From: Camelus ferus
Lineage: Eukaryota
Length of the DNA stretch: 64,000 nucleotides
Assembly (NCBI RefSeq): GCF_009834535.1
Contig: NC_045697.1
Span: 101,992,001-102,056,000, forward strand
Direction: 5' to 3'
Shown here piece after piece: positions 37,753 to 51,759 of the stretch. The notes beneath the pieces are model-generated. The model had not been told where the DNA came from, did not search any database, and saw only the letters and a program-made list of their open reading frames with translations. Position 1 is the stretch's first letter; each line of letters starts with the position of its first letter. A program made the position numbers and the translations under genes.

Positions 37753-39727
37753 TGCTCGGCAACAGTTTAAGTAGAGCTAGGTGACACTGGTATATAAATT
37801 GTGCAGGCACGTGGCCATTAATTTTTGGTGAGTACCGGCTCTGTGCAAGGTGCTGAGGATGTAATGCTGGACTAGGTACAGCCACCACTACCCCTGAGGG
37901 GTTTGCAAGTCTTTGGGGGAGAGAAACAGGTGATTTCAGTTCTGTTGGATGAGAGCAGTGAAATACTAGTGGTCGTTCACATTTATTGAGTATTCATTGT
38001 GTGCTAGGGACTCGGCTAGATTGATTTATACTCATTATCACATTTAATCCACAAATAAATCTTGAGATGGATACTTTACAGATGAGGAAATTGAAGGTCA
38101 TTAGTGTGTCACAAAAAACCAGAGTACATATCTGAGCAAGAGTCCAAATCCCACAGTTGTTCTGTCTTGTCTTGCTTTCTCCTAGATCCTGTGCTTGGAC
38201 TACTAACCCCGGCATGGGCTGGGGAGAGGCGGGAGGGAGGGCTTCCCGGAGCACCGAGTAAGGTATTTTGTAGATATCGTGATGTTGATGTGGTTTTAAG
38301 TAATATTTTATAGAACGAAAGAGCTGACTGTAGTTCACTTAACAATAAATATTGCTTGACTGCAATATGCCCCACGCTGTTTTGGGGGGTTGGCCATGAC
38401 CCAAGATGTATTTCCTGCCCTTATGGAGCTGGAAATCTACTGAGGAAGACAGGCAGTGGACAGACGGACATATGATGCATATCAGGGATGGTGAATGCCA
38501 TGAAGAAACAATAAAGCGGGGCACGGGGAGAGTGCATACGGGGGTGATGGCTCAGATGGGGAGGTCCGGGGCCACTTCCCTGAGGAGGTTAGTTACTCTA
38601 CAAGCATCCAAACGGTTCTGGGCAGAGACAGTTTCTTCCCCTGAGCCAGGCAGGATATGAAAATACTTCTCAACATAATAACCCAAATCTTTGCCCATGA
38701 GAAATTCCCAAGATAAAGAATCGTGGACACAGAACCTCCCAAGAAGAAAGAGGCCATGTTTCAGCTGAAGTTCCTGACAGCAAGTTCCACTGTGTGTTGA
38801 CAAAGTGACCTGCGGGTAGATGGAGGCTGAGGGCCACGTGGGAATCAGGGTGTTCTCTGGCTGGCCTCTTCTCCTAGGGGAACAGTCCTGACTCAGAGGC
38901 CCTGAGCCTGGAGAGGAGATGGGGAAAAGCACGCCTTTCCTTGATTGTCTGTTCCCAGCCATCTCTTTCCTGGCTTCTCTCCAATAGCCCTGATAGGTTG
39001 GCAGGACTCTGGACCCCAAATATCTGATAAACTCAAAATGCTCATTTGTAAAGTGAAGATAACACACTGCTATCTGTCTTCACAACAGATTATGAAAATA
39101 ACGGCAAAATGATGAGTTCTGGCAGCTAAGAATGTTATAGAAATGAAATGCATTATTAGAGCAATTATCACTGATTATTAAAGATGTGAATGAGATGTAT
39201 TATGTAGGCATTACATGTCTGTTTACCCCAAAGATGCACAGTTTTTTTGTAGAACATAGAAACATTTCCCACTGTTCATGTCTTGGAGGAACTTATAACC
39301 TAATAGCAGGGTAAAAAAAATTACACATAATCAAAAGAAAGAGCTGCAAATAACACAATAATAGATCATGTACTCAAATAATTTTTCAAAAGAAATAGCT
39401 AGAAATAAGCACAATAATGTGTTATATGCTTAAAAGCAATTTTGAAAGAAACTGAGTGATGGCTATGAAATGTTTTAATTTTCCTGTAGTCCTTTGAGTT
39501 GAAAAGAAAAAGAAAGGGGAAAATAGAGACAGAGGATAAAAAATTGCTGTATATAAGCCTGTAATTCACATGGCATGAAAACCATGGCATAATTGCACAC
39601 ACATTTTTTTCAGAAGTTTTCTCCAATCCATTTTTGATTCTGTTTCAATCCATTCTCTTATAGTAATCTTGAAGCCTAAATTTCATGTTTCCATTACCTT
39701 TTGCCAACAACCAGTCCAGTTACTTAC

Positions 39728-39874
39728 TGACAAAAGATGTTTCTCCAAGATACCCTCTGCGTGTGAGAGTCACTTCTAAGCCCATGGAGTCCTCATCCAC
39801 GATGTAGTACTCTCTCTCCAAAGCGATCCAAGCCCAGTAGAGACGGAAACGTTGATTTATTCTCTTATTTCCTC
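39728..39874 (-). CDS. FREM3: FREM3 exon 3 (147 nt, phase 1/1), start of first Calx-beta domain
   Basis: Acceptor ttatag|GA and donor GTCA|gtaagt. Translation: (G)[48 protein letters not shown](S), matching the FREM2/3 motif [27 protein letters not shown]. Not in the ORF track. Confidence 0.95.
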
Positions 39875-42568
39875 CTATAATTGATGGGGATAAAAGAGAT
39901 GGATAAGATGAGTGACTGCGGTTTGTACTTTGCTTCTGAAACCAAGGGTTTTTAAAATAAGGCCTCTGCTGATGGTCAGCCTGGCCCCTTACTGGGGCTG
40001 TGTACTATGAACAAATTGGAAGAAAGAGCAGAGCTGGGAGTGCTTGCAGCTGCAAAGAGCCACTCATAAAAGGATGTTCATATAGGACTCTCTGACTCAG
40101 TTTCAGATAGGCCAATATAATAGATATCAGACACCAGAGTGAGCACAGGACAGATCACTGTGTGCAAAGCTTACAGCAGAAAGCTTTACTGACCGGTTCC
40201 ACTACTACTGAAACCCTACATCAGATCAAGCTTATCAAAAGGGGGCAGAGTGTGGCAAGAAAGGAGGATTTGTGAGGCGAGTACTTTAGGAAAAGCTGGT
40301 GCACTGGGGGCAGTCTCTACCACCACCCGGGAAGGATGTGGGCATGAGGTGGGCCTGCCGTCTTCATCCCCAGCCTGGTGGGAGTGGGCTTCAGTGAACC
40401 TCCTGGAGAGCTGACTAATGCATTCCTGAAAAATCTTAAATGGTCTTGACAGGGAGAGAGAGTAGACAGGGCTACATTTGGAAAGTATTGGGGGGAAAAA
40501 GTATCCCAAAGAGTAGGAGAAAGAAAGCAGGTGTGTGGACCAGAGGTGGTCATCCTCCCAATAGGGCCAATGAAGAAGGCAATGGAATCTCAGCAGAAAG
40601 GAAGCTGGAAACTGACCTCCAGATTCCATGGGCTGGAAAGGAGGAAAGAGAAAAAGGACTGCAGGTGAGGGAGCTCCAGCAACAGGAATCTTCAAGAAAC
40701 TCATGAAAATAACAACTAAAGAAAGTGTGTCCTTTAAATAGCTGCCACCCAGGTGCCCTGGCATCAGATGGCAATGATACTTCCCATACCAGACTGTGCT
40801 CTATCCCCCATCCCTTCACTCTCTGGGGTCAACCCTGAAAGGGCAAAGCCTTGCTAGGAAGCTGGAAGAACCATGGGCATGGACAGAGCAGAAGTTGGTC
40901 CCTGTCCCTCCTCCCCCAACCCCTGCTCCCTTTCTGCCCCTCCCCACCTCCATATCAAAAGTTCTGGTCCATAGCTATAGAGAAGGCTTAACACAGAACA
41001 AGTTCTGAGATTTGGTTATTCCTTGGGAATTCTAGTGACCAGACTGACACTGTTTTTGATTTAATATGACTGTAAGATGTTTTTATCTGAGAGTCGTCAG
41101 AAAAGTTATGTAACCTGCCCAAGTCCTTCCTCCCAACCACCACCATTGAATAAATGTTAAAAGGACATACAACTAAAATTATAATTTCATTACGTCACCA
41201 ATCATGCTCATTTGGCATACCAGGACCTCACTGATGGGTGCAAATGTCAAACTTCATGTTTACTCTCCATCTGTCTTCTCTCTCTCTTTATAGATCACAT
41301 AATTAATATTATTGTTGATATCCTAATACAGAAAAATGTAAAACAAATATCCCAGAAATCCTCCTATGCAATTAAAAATGAGATTGGTCTTGTTTCCAGT
41401 TTGAAACCACTTTAATTCTTCATGTATATAGTCCTTTGAATTTTGAAATCATGAGTCAAAATTATACTGTATGTTTACTTTTTCTTTTGTGTCTTTTTCA
41501 AAGTTCTTTCCCATCCTCTTTATTCTATTCTGACAATCACACTACAGAGTAGGGCAAATAGCAGTCTCTCTGTATAACTAGATGAGCCGTTTTGGGCTGT
41601 TGAAGTACCCTGACCAGGTCCACACAGGGTAGTGGCGGCCCTGACCAGACCCTAGTTCTGTGACGTCTGACCAGGGCTCTGTGTCTGACTCTGAGCCGCC
41701 ACTGTGATGAGTCGTGGATCAATGCAACTTAAAAACTTCACAAGGAAACTGGGCAGAATCTTTTGCAGTCCAGATCCTCTGAATCAAAACATGCATAATA
41801 AAAAAGGCTCAGAAATAAAGACAGAAACACGTTCCCACCCCAAATGTAGCTAATTTGTCATCGAGTGGTTAAGAGTGTGGTCTCTGGAGATAGATGGCCC
41901 CAGATCTGGCTCTGCCACTGACCACCCACGTTACAACGAGGAAATGACAGTGCCCCCTGAGCAAGGATGCCTGGCTTTTCTGAAGTCAGGGAACTCTGAG
42001 GGGGAGAAGGGGTGAAGACTGTGACTGCACCCTCTCCAGGTGGAGGCCAGAGAGTGCTGCTTTGGCCTTGGCTGTGACCCCCACAGGCTTTAGCCAGGAT
42101 CACTGCACAGGCACAACTCCCCCCGTGCCCCTTCCCTGCCCCCCTCCCCCTTCATCAGCAGGCAGCCGGCTGATGCATTAGCAGCTACATTCCATGTATG
42201 AGAAATGGTTTAAGGTGTAATGAATAAGAGTAAAGATCCTGGATTGTATGAAAATTCAATTTACATAAGTCAAGGACATTGTGTTGCTGATGCTACGTAT
42301 GTACTTCAAGAGAGAGTAACTGTTGAAAAGACAGAGAATTAAACTTTGAGGACAGTTACATTTGGGAGCCAGTGAAGGGAAAACAGGTAACAGAATAGAA
42401 AATAAGCAGCACTTGAGTTAGTTTTATCACAATGTGGAAGTCTGGTATAAAACTATCTAGAAGTCAAAAAAAGAATATTTTCAAACATAAGTATAATCTT
42501 TCTATCAATGGATGACACTGTTTTTCCTACAGCAAACTGGCATAACTATTATTTGTTAGACTCTAGGG

Positions 42569-42800
42569 CAGGGGTGTTCAACCTCATTGCTACTGACATT
42601 TGGGTTGGATAATTCTTTGTCATAAGGGGCTGTTCTGTGCATCGAAGGATGTTCAGCATCTGGCCTTGCTCCCTACTAAATACCAGTGGCAGTCCCTCCC
42701 AGCTGTCCCTCCTTCCTCCAAGTTGTGACAATAAAAAATATCTCTGGATGTTGCCAAATGTTCTTCAGGGAGAAGAATCATCTCTGGTCGAGAACCACTG
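42569..42800 (+). mobile_element. MER20-like hAT-Charlie relic
   Basis: caggggtgttcaacc...actgacatttggg..ggataattctttgt...gttgtgacaa...gagaaccactg. Confidence 0.8.
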
Positions 42801-45509
42801 GTGTAAATGAAGTTAAAGGATTTTATTGCATCTCTGATAAAAATCTGTTTCACACTTCTTTTGTGTTTTGGGAAAAGAATGAAAGAAAGTTTGAATTTGA
42901 ATAATCAAACACTCCCCATTGATTTTAGAAGGTAGCCTGAGCACTGCCTAAGTTAATCTGAGGAAAATGAGAAGGATACAATATTAAGTACATTTAAATA
43001 ATTTTTCCTGTGGAGAGAAAAATCAGAGTTTACAAGCTGGGGACAAGAGCTATTTAGTGGAGTCTGATTTACTGTCACCCTTTTTCTGGGCAGGATTCTG
43101 AAGGGGAAGCATCAGGTTGTCTGGTTCAGATGGGAAGACCTGAGGCTCTGTCTTCTCACACATTATCTCAGTGCCTTTGTCCAGTCCCTCCAGCTCTGTT
43201 CCCTCCTCTGTAAAATGGGGTTGAGGACAGAAGGAAATGAAGCATGGTATGTGAGAGGCCTTGTAGGTAGGGGAGTGTGGGCAAGTGTGACTTTTATAGC
43301 TTAAGCTATTATTGTTAAGTGCCCTATTTTCCTTCCTGTAAAAGAAGAATCAACTTAAAAAACAAACAAACAAACTGTAGAACAAAATTGATGTCCTAAT
43401 GTTCTAAAAAAGAGCATGAAAACACAGAATCAGAGAGGGGGATAAAGAAGGACCAACATGCACCAAATATCTGTATGTGCCAGACACTGGGCGAGGCAGT
43501 ATAATCTGCCTAAAAAAAGAAGCCATAGAAAGATAAAAAGGGAAGGCAAAGAAGATGGCAGAGACCAGAGTCAGGGAGGAGACACTGACAGGGCTAGGTA
43601 GGACAAGGAAAGAGTCTGAGTGTACAAAAAAGGTAGATTTTGGAATAGGAATGACTGAGAAAGCAACTATTGAAGTAATAATGAAGAAAAACACCCAACT
43701 GCAGAATTTCTAACTTATCAAATTTAAAGGGCATAATGCATTTATATTTCACAATTACATCCCATTAGGTGAAAAAAAATAGAAAAAATATACCAAGTAT
43801 TTTATCCAAATACAGTATTCAGGAAGATTTAATTTTGATGCAAATTATTTACTAATTCTAGTTTCCATCTCTTCTTCTAAAAACACAATAATTTAAAAAT
43901 TGAAAATAAAACTTTAAAACAAAAAAATTATATACTTCTAAAGAAGATTTTGAAAACACATCTAATAAATGCTGATGCTCAGTTAGGTAAAATAAAATAC
44001 TGAATGGTAAAGCAGCAGCCATTGTCAAGTGTCAAATGGTTTCTGACCTTAAACTTGGAAAAAGATCAAATAGGATATTTGATCTTAAATGTTTAATAAT
44101 TACCCAATGAAAATGTAATAATATATATCCTTAAGTTTTCTACTACTCCATGCCATTATCAAATAGCTTTATTGTCATAAGCATTTAGCTTCCACAACTA
44201 CTAGCATAATATAACTTGAAAATGTATTTGAATTCCATAAGCACCTATTCATCATGCATTTGGAAACAGTACCCATGAGTAACAATCGTCACTCAGTGTC
44301 AGTTAATGTCATTAGTCAATTGGAAAATGCTCACAGGGCCTTATGGTGAGGAAATGTGCTACTCTGACTTCTGGCTCGATGTGCAGAGCTCCAGCTGCAT
44401 GTCTACAGATTATAAAATAATGTTTCTTTTTCAATAGTTATAAATTCAGAGAAAAGTAAGTAACTTGAGATAGAAGAATTAGCAAATTGGGTAAGAGAAA
44501 AAGTCAAATTGCCTATCAGATGGATCTCCGTTTTCTTTCCCCTAGCCGTCTCCCTTTGATCTTGGAGTTGTGGGTAGCAATTTCAAAAATGTGCTCTGTT
44601 AGGTGAAATAGGCCACATCCCCTTCCAGCACAAGGATATTTATTATTCCATTCCCAGTTCTTTTGTGTCATTCACTTCTGTTCAGTGATTCCTTGGCCTG
44701 CCTGATTCTCTCCTTTCAGGGCCTCAGTGGCTATTCACATCCCCAGGCTGGGAGGGAGAACTGGCTCCTCTGGGAGTTTCCAACCCCAAAGGTTCCTGTC
44801 CATTTTCTTCTTGAGGAACAATGGGCTGTTTTGTGAAAACTCCCATCTGGTTTCCCAGAAACGGGTGGGTGGGAACCCAGAGCAAACAGATAAGATACCT
44901 GTAGTCATTTCTCTTGGTGTATCCTCGTAAGCTATGGCATTGCTACCTCCCCTGCAATGTTTCTAAATCCACTTCTGCAGTCTTTGGAAATGTGGGGTCA
45001 GGTAGGGGATGTCCCCAAACTGTCTTGATGATATATTTGCCTCTCCATTTTGAAGAATACAAACCCAGCATATTACAGCTATGGATAACAATACAAGTTT
45101 CCATACCCTTTTCTTCCTTTTTAAAGTAGAGTTTTTCAATATAAACTCAGTGGAAGCAGTGTGAAAAAATAAAGAACACGAGTTTTTCTTAGATTTTTTT
45201 ATAAGCCTCAGTAGAGGCAACATATGTTGCTTTTGACACAAAATAAAATTACGTAAAAACTCTCAAAGCAAAACTTGAGAGAGTAATAATAATCATAATT
45301 AAAAAGGTTGTATTAGCAGAAGTTTGCAACTAGTAGGGAAGTAGAAATACACTAATTGCATGATCACATGCAATGGGCACTTCTGTCTGGGAGTTGGGGT
45401 TCCATGCGGTTTAACTGGAAGGGAGAAACCATGTGCATTCTTACTTCTTCAGAGTGTAGAGGATTCAGGGAGGATGTGGACCATACTCTTCTTTCCAGAG
45501 AATGCAACA

Positions 45510-45590
45510 CAATGTAATGTAATGTAATGTAATGTAATGTAATGTAATGTAATGTAATGCAATGCAATGCAATGCAATGTAACATAATGT
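45510..45590 (+). repeat. (AATGT)n/(AATGC)n pentanucleotide microsatellite
   Basis: Tandem repeat visible directly in the sequence. Confidence 0.95.
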
Positions 45591-45842
45591 AAGGGAGCAA
45601 CTTCCTATTTGGAGATCAGATAATCATCCTCATTTTTGGAAACAATCTAGACAGATGCAGACAAAGTAACTGGGTCATTTCATGTACTGAACTAAAGAAT
45701 CTTTTCCTCCATTTTTATCTCACTCTGTTTTCTTTTGCTTCCCCACTGGAGGAGGTAACTCTATTTGATTACTGTGCTCTAGGGCCAGGATGACAGGGCT
45801 CTCTGTTCCCTGAGCAATCTAGCAGTTTAAATAAATTGCCCA

Positions 45843-47107
45843 AAACTGGACAGCTGCATGTAAATCAATGAAGTTAGAACACTCTCTCACACCATACACA
45901 AAAATAAACTCAAAATGGCTTAAAGACTTAAACATAAGACACGACACTATAAACCTCTTAGAAGAAAACGTAGGAAAAACATGCTCTGACATAAATCTCA
46001 GCAATGATCTCCTAGCGCAGTCTACCCAGGCAATAGAAATAAAAGCAAAAATAAACAAATGGGACCTAATCAAGCTTATAAGTTTTTGCACAGCAAAGGA
46101 AAGCATAAGGAAAAAAAAAAAAGACAACCTATAGAACGGGAGAAAATATTTGCAAAAAGACGAGACTGACAAGAGCTTAATTTCCAGACTGTATAAACAG
46201 CTCATACAACTTAATAACAAAAAACCAAACAATCCAATAAAAAAATGGGCAGAAGACCTAAACAAGCAATTCTCTATTGAAGACATACAAATGGCTAATA
46301 GGCACATGAAAAAATGCTCAATATCACTAATTATCAGAGAAATGCAAATCAAAACTACAATGAGGTTATCACCTCACACTAGTCAGAATGGCCATCATTC
46401 AAAAGTCCACAGATTATAAATGCTGGAGAGGGTGTGGAGAAAAGGGAATCCTCCTACACTTCTGGTGGGAATGTAGTTTGACGCAGTCATGACGAAAAAC
46501 AGCACGGAGATTCCTCAAAAAACTAAAAATAGACTTACCATATGATCCAGCAATCCCACTCCTGGGCATATATCCAGAGGGAACCTTAATTCAAAAAGAT
46601 ATATGCACCCCAGTGTTCATAAAAGCACTATATACAATAGCCAAGACATGAAAATAACCTAAATGTCAATTCCAGATGACTGGATAAAGACCTATGGTAT
46701 ATTTTATACTATGGAATACTACTCAGCCATAAAAAAGAATAAAATAGTGCAATTTGCAGTAACATGGATGGACCTGGAGATCGTCATTCTAAGTGAAGTA
46801 AGCTAGAAAGAGAAAGAAAAATACCATATGATAGCACTTATATGTAGAACCTAAAAAAAAAAAAGACAAACTTATTTACAGAACAGAAACAGACTCACAG
46901 ACATGGAAATGAACTTATGGTTAGCAGTAGGGGAAGTGGGGAACGGATAAATTGGGAGTTCGAGATTTTCAGATATTAACTAATATATATGAAATAGATA
47001 AACAACAAGTTTATATTGTATAGCACAGGGAACTGTATTCAGTATCTTACAGGAATTTATGGTAAAAAATATGAAAACAAATATATATATGTTCATGTGA
47101 AAAAAAT
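45843..47107 (+). mobile_element. 5'-truncated L1 (ORF2 3' part plus 3' UTR) with 13-bp TSD
   Basis: Peptides [16 protein letters not shown] and [15 protein letters not shown] aataaattgccca at 45830-45842 and 47108-47120. Confidence 0.95.
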
Positions 47108-47371
47108 AATAAATTGCCCACAATGGAGTCATGATTTATCATTAGCTAGAAGACACAGATGCAGTGAATTCCAGATCCACCCACCAGACTAACGGGTTAG
47201 ATGAGGTAGCAAGAGGGTCGTGGTCTTCAATACTCTGGAGAGCCAGTGACTGACTAGGTAAGCAGCACATCCAGGTACATAATCTGTGCTTAGTCTCATT
47301 TATTTCTTATTCATGCTTCTGATTACAATTACAATTTACACTCATTTCCAAAATATTTATTTGGTTATATC

Positions 47372-47475
47372 TTTCTTTCTTTTTTGGTGGGGGAGGTTAT
47401 TAGGTTTGTTTATTTATTTTTAATGGAGGTTCTAGGGATTGAACCCAGGACCTCGTGCATGTTAGGCATGCACTC
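47372..47475 (-). mobile_element. Truncated vic-1-like SINE
   Basis: ggaggttctagggattgaacccaggacctcgtgcatg. Confidence 0.8.
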
Positions 47476-48434
47476 TTATTTGGTGCACTCTTAATAAAAC
47501 TTTTCTTTCAGACGTTCTTCCCTATCTTTTGAGATTGTTATGAGGATCAAACGTGATAATGTATGCGGAAGTTTTGGAAAAGTCTGAGTTTCTCTAAACC
47601 TAAGTTTGCAGGGATCTGAGTGGGAAGAGAGCCTTCTCCACCGGCAGAGGTCATGGAGGGAGGGGAATCTGGGCAGCAAGCTGGCCAGCTGGGCACGTCC
47701 TTCTATTAGGTTAAACCACAGGAAACCAGGTTTTCTTCAGGTCAGAAATGGCTGAATATCAGCAATTTTGTATAGCTCAACTGGATATGTAGAGAGGCAG
47801 CAGAGCACAGTGGGAAGGGACCCGGACTCAGGTCAGAGTGAGGCTACAGAGAAAACATATCAACATATCATGTCCCAGCTCGGACAAACAATAATATTAC
47901 TTAGCCCAAGTCAGTGTATCTTGACAAATTAAATGTGAGCTGCAAGCCTTCCAGAGCTCCCAGCACAGGTGAGGAGGAGAACGAGTTGTCCGGCAGGCAG
48001 AGCAACGATCTGGGTACAGAGGTTCACTGGCACATTTGAGGTGTGATCTTAACCTCGGCTGCGTCTAGGAAGGAGTCCTTTCATATCCATTATCTCATGT
48101 GAAAATCCAATCAGTACGACAACCTTGAAGGGGAGCAATCACACCTGACATTACACGGGTGAAGCACCTGCTGGACAAATGAAGCACCTGCGGCTCAGTA
48201 ACTTTGCCTCACCTGCGGTCACAGAGCTAGTCAATAAATTAAGAAATATGCAAAGCCCGCCACGATCTGGGTCCTCTCCACCTCTCCATCATCTCCGACT
48301 CTCCTGCTGCCTTGGAGTCTAGAAGCTAACTGCACTAAGCTATGCGCGGTTTGCCAAGCTCGTGGTGCTGTTTCTGAAATCAGCTCTGAAAACCCTTATT
48401 CATCCTTCAAGGCCCAGATTGGGCATTGCTTCTT

Positions 48435-48649
48435 TTTTTAAAAACTGAATTACAGTCCATTTACAATGTTGTGTTAGTTTCCTGTAGCCGAGTGGTTTGG
48501 TTATACATATATATATTCCTTTTCATTACAGGCTGTGACAAGGTTTTGACTATAGTTCCCCGTGCTGTACGGGAGGACTTTGTTGTCTATCTGTTTTATA
48601 TATACTAGTATCTGCAAATCCTGAACTCCTAATTTATCCCTCCACCCCC
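48435..48649 (-). mobile_element. Short L1 3' end with perfect 15-bp TSD
   Basis: tgggcattgcttctt at 48420-48434 and 48650-48664. Confidence 0.88.
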
Positions 48650-51600
48650 TGGGCATTGCTTCTTGATGAAACTTCCCTGGGCAGTGGCTCACCTCTGCCC
48701 CTGATGCACATCTTTCCTTGGTAGTGCCTCTCACGGTACTGCAGTTAACTGTCCCCACGTCTGACTCTCTTTCTATATTGGGAGCCGATTGCTTGTGTCT
48801 CTTCATCGAGCAGTCCCTAGCACGTAGCACGCTTCCCAGCAAATGACTGGGACTCAATGAGTACCTGCTGAATAATATCTCCTGGAGGAAAAATCTGACC
48901 TAAATGTAGCTTTAGAGAATAAAATGAGCACTGCTAATAATTTAACTTATGTACAATCTGTAAATATATTACTTCTGTGACCTTGTTTCATAAGAATGTG
49001 GATAATGGTTCAAAAAATGTAGTAATATCACAGTATAACGCCGGGGTTTTATTCTAGTTAGAAACAGAGCCAGGACCGGCACGCCAGGCTTTAGATTCTT
49101 AGCTTGCAGCTTTTCTTCCACAGAATACTTTGTGTACAGGCTGAGAAACCCTCTTTTCATCTGAGGGCCCTATTCTAGAGAAATCTTTTTAAAAATGATC
49201 AAACAATGCTTTACATTTCCAGAGTACCTATTATTTAAGTTTTTCCCCATGTTCCAGCATTCCTCTCATGTTTTAGAAACTGATCCCGTAACACTGGTCA
49301 TGTAAGTTTGTGCTTGGTTGGCATTAGAAATGAGATAAAGAAAGGAAGGGAGGAGGAAAAGGACTATGTCTTTTAAAACCCTAATACACTGCACACCTTG
49401 GGAAGACGTGACCCCTTACCAAACCAAGCCCCTGCAGTTCCTTACAGGTGCCAAGCAACAGGGCACAGCTCCCAGTGGGGCTAGGCTAATGTCAGTATCA
49501 AGAGACTCTGAAATAGTGGGTGTAACACCCAGAATCACTTATTCTCCTAAGAAGAAACAGATAAATATTACATCCCACCCCAACTTACATACCTAGTATG
49601 CTCAAAGAAGATATGAGTCAGCTCCAAGAGAAATTTGACTGGTAAATGTGAGAAAAGGAGGAGCCACCTGAAGGTCCACATGAAGAAAAGGAAATCAAAG
49701 GGAAGCCTTGTGTTCTACTGATCAAAGGCCAGATTGGACACACTTTTGTAAGTGAGCTTGGCCAAACCTTGGAGCCATCCAACAAACCTCTAAGTGAATG
49801 GAGGATGACCTCTGATTGAAGTTCTTCTTGAGGTTTGACAAAACAGTAATTAGGGAGGGAAGGTTGGACGTTAAAGTAAACCACGGCCCAGCTCTGTAGT
49901 AATCATCTCCATTGTTCATCAGCACTTTACAAAAATGATCAAGCCAGGGAGCTGACAGATGTCATCAGCCTAGTTCTTGGCAAGCACGTATCAGACGAAG
50001 AGTATACACTGAGCTTTTCTTTCCAGGGGAAGCATTCTACTTGTCAGCAATTCCTTTCTGCCAGACCACAAATCAGCAATTGCTACGTAAATGAAGAACT
50101 TCCACTCAACTTACAAACTCTCAGGTAGAATATTCATTTTCTCAAAAGAAAGATGCCTTTTTTAATAGCACAAGCTCTAAACGATCCCAGTGGGTACCAC
50201 CAAAGTGATCAAATGTCAAATTCATAAATCTTATGGGCCATTAAGGAAAATGGAAATTGAATGATGCAATGGATTGGCAAGAATAAAAAAATGGCAGAAG
50301 AGGTCACAGCTAATAGGTTCACGACAGACTGAACCCCAGATACTGCCTGTATGAATGGCAGAGGAAAAATCAGTTTAAAAATCACTTAAGATATATTTTA
50401 TTAAAACACAAGTTGTTTTGACGCCTTTGGATTATATGTATTATTTTATGAATGACGCTGCTGCATAATTTGACATAGGATAGTATTAGATAATGATCAG
50501 GGGACATTTAACATGGAAAGAAATGTTGTAACACAAACACAGGGCCAAACACACATGGGATAGTCTAGGTGTCCTGTCTCTCTGTGTCTTTCCTTTACTC
50601 TTATTCCCTTCCTGGTGTGTGTGTGTGTGTGTGTGTGCTTTCCAAAAACTCCTTCTCTTTCTTGTGTCTGGACCCTCTTCCAGGTATCTGCCTCTCCTGT
50701 GTTTCTATTTCTTTTTGTGTATATATGAGCTCTTTCCAGATTCTGGAAGACTAGTTAGTATTTGTAGACAGTCTCTCTTTTAAAATTTAAAACAGAAAGA
50801 ATGATTATTTAATAAGCAGCATCTACAAAGTGGTTTCTTAATTGACTCTTTGTCTTTATCCCACCGCTGGAATCACACCTAGCAGTTCCCTTGACGTTTG
50901 TGATAAAATCTCAAGGTAAATCTTTCACATCTTTCATTGAACAAAGAAACAAAAATGAGCATGACCTCCAAAGTCATTTCTGGTCTTTGGGTCCATGGTT
51001 CTAAGTGAGCATAATAATAACAGCAGTAGCAATCATTTCCATAATTTTGCTCTTTTTTTTTAAATAACAAAATAAAAGCCCAATCTGGAAAGCATAGAAT
51101 TTCTTTTTAAAAGTGTTTCTTGGAGCTTTAAGAAAAAGAAATTTTTTCCTACTAAGAGTGTATGAACTGCATGCTCCAAGCTATAGAACAAATATATGGC
51201 TGCCCCTTAAGCCAAGGTCCTGTCTCTGCCCAGCATGGAGTTGCCACAGTTATAGCAGAGTAAGTGGCTTTTTGGTTTCTCCAGGCAGGCTCAGGCAGAA
51301 GTCATGAATCAAGAATTAAAATATACTATTTCTGTCAAGACTCTCCTTTCTACAATTATTATTTTCATAATTTCCCAGATACTGACTTCCATCTACACAT
51401 CAGTAATGGGTAACATGCAGACTGGAAATAATACCACTGGGAAGAAGAGGAGAAATACTTCTTGAGACTTCTCAAGCAGCCTGTGTGCATGAGATTCTAG
51501 GAGGCTGACATTGTCTGCTCCCAGAAGAGGATAACTCAGCACTTAGGGAGGCTGGTGAGACCATCAGTGACAGCATGGACTTTCGCTAGGGGTGAGTGAA

Positions 51601-51759
51601 GAGGTCAGTGGTCTCTGGAACTGCTTACCAGCTCTTCTAAACTCCCCTAGTAATCAAGCCGAAGAAAGAGGCACTGATTTATCCTGACTGTCTTTTCATC
51701 AAGTGAGGGTACTTCTATCTGCTTCAGGAATGATTACAACTTTTTGACAGAACCATCAC

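Noticed and set aside
8667..39874. Calling the gene FREM2 or FREM1
   Set aside because: Residues such as [37 protein letters not shown] and the KQSAC C-terminus match recalled FREM3, and the downstream FREM2-like exons are dead.
38552..40819. Long ORFs (171 aa at 38552-39067, 182 aa at 40216-40764)
   Set aside because: No recognisable domain or coding-like composition. They are intronic and partly in probable old LTR-like sequence.
45819..46419. ORFs of 88-177 aa as novel genes
   Set aside because: They are sense and antisense frames of a broken L1 ORF2.
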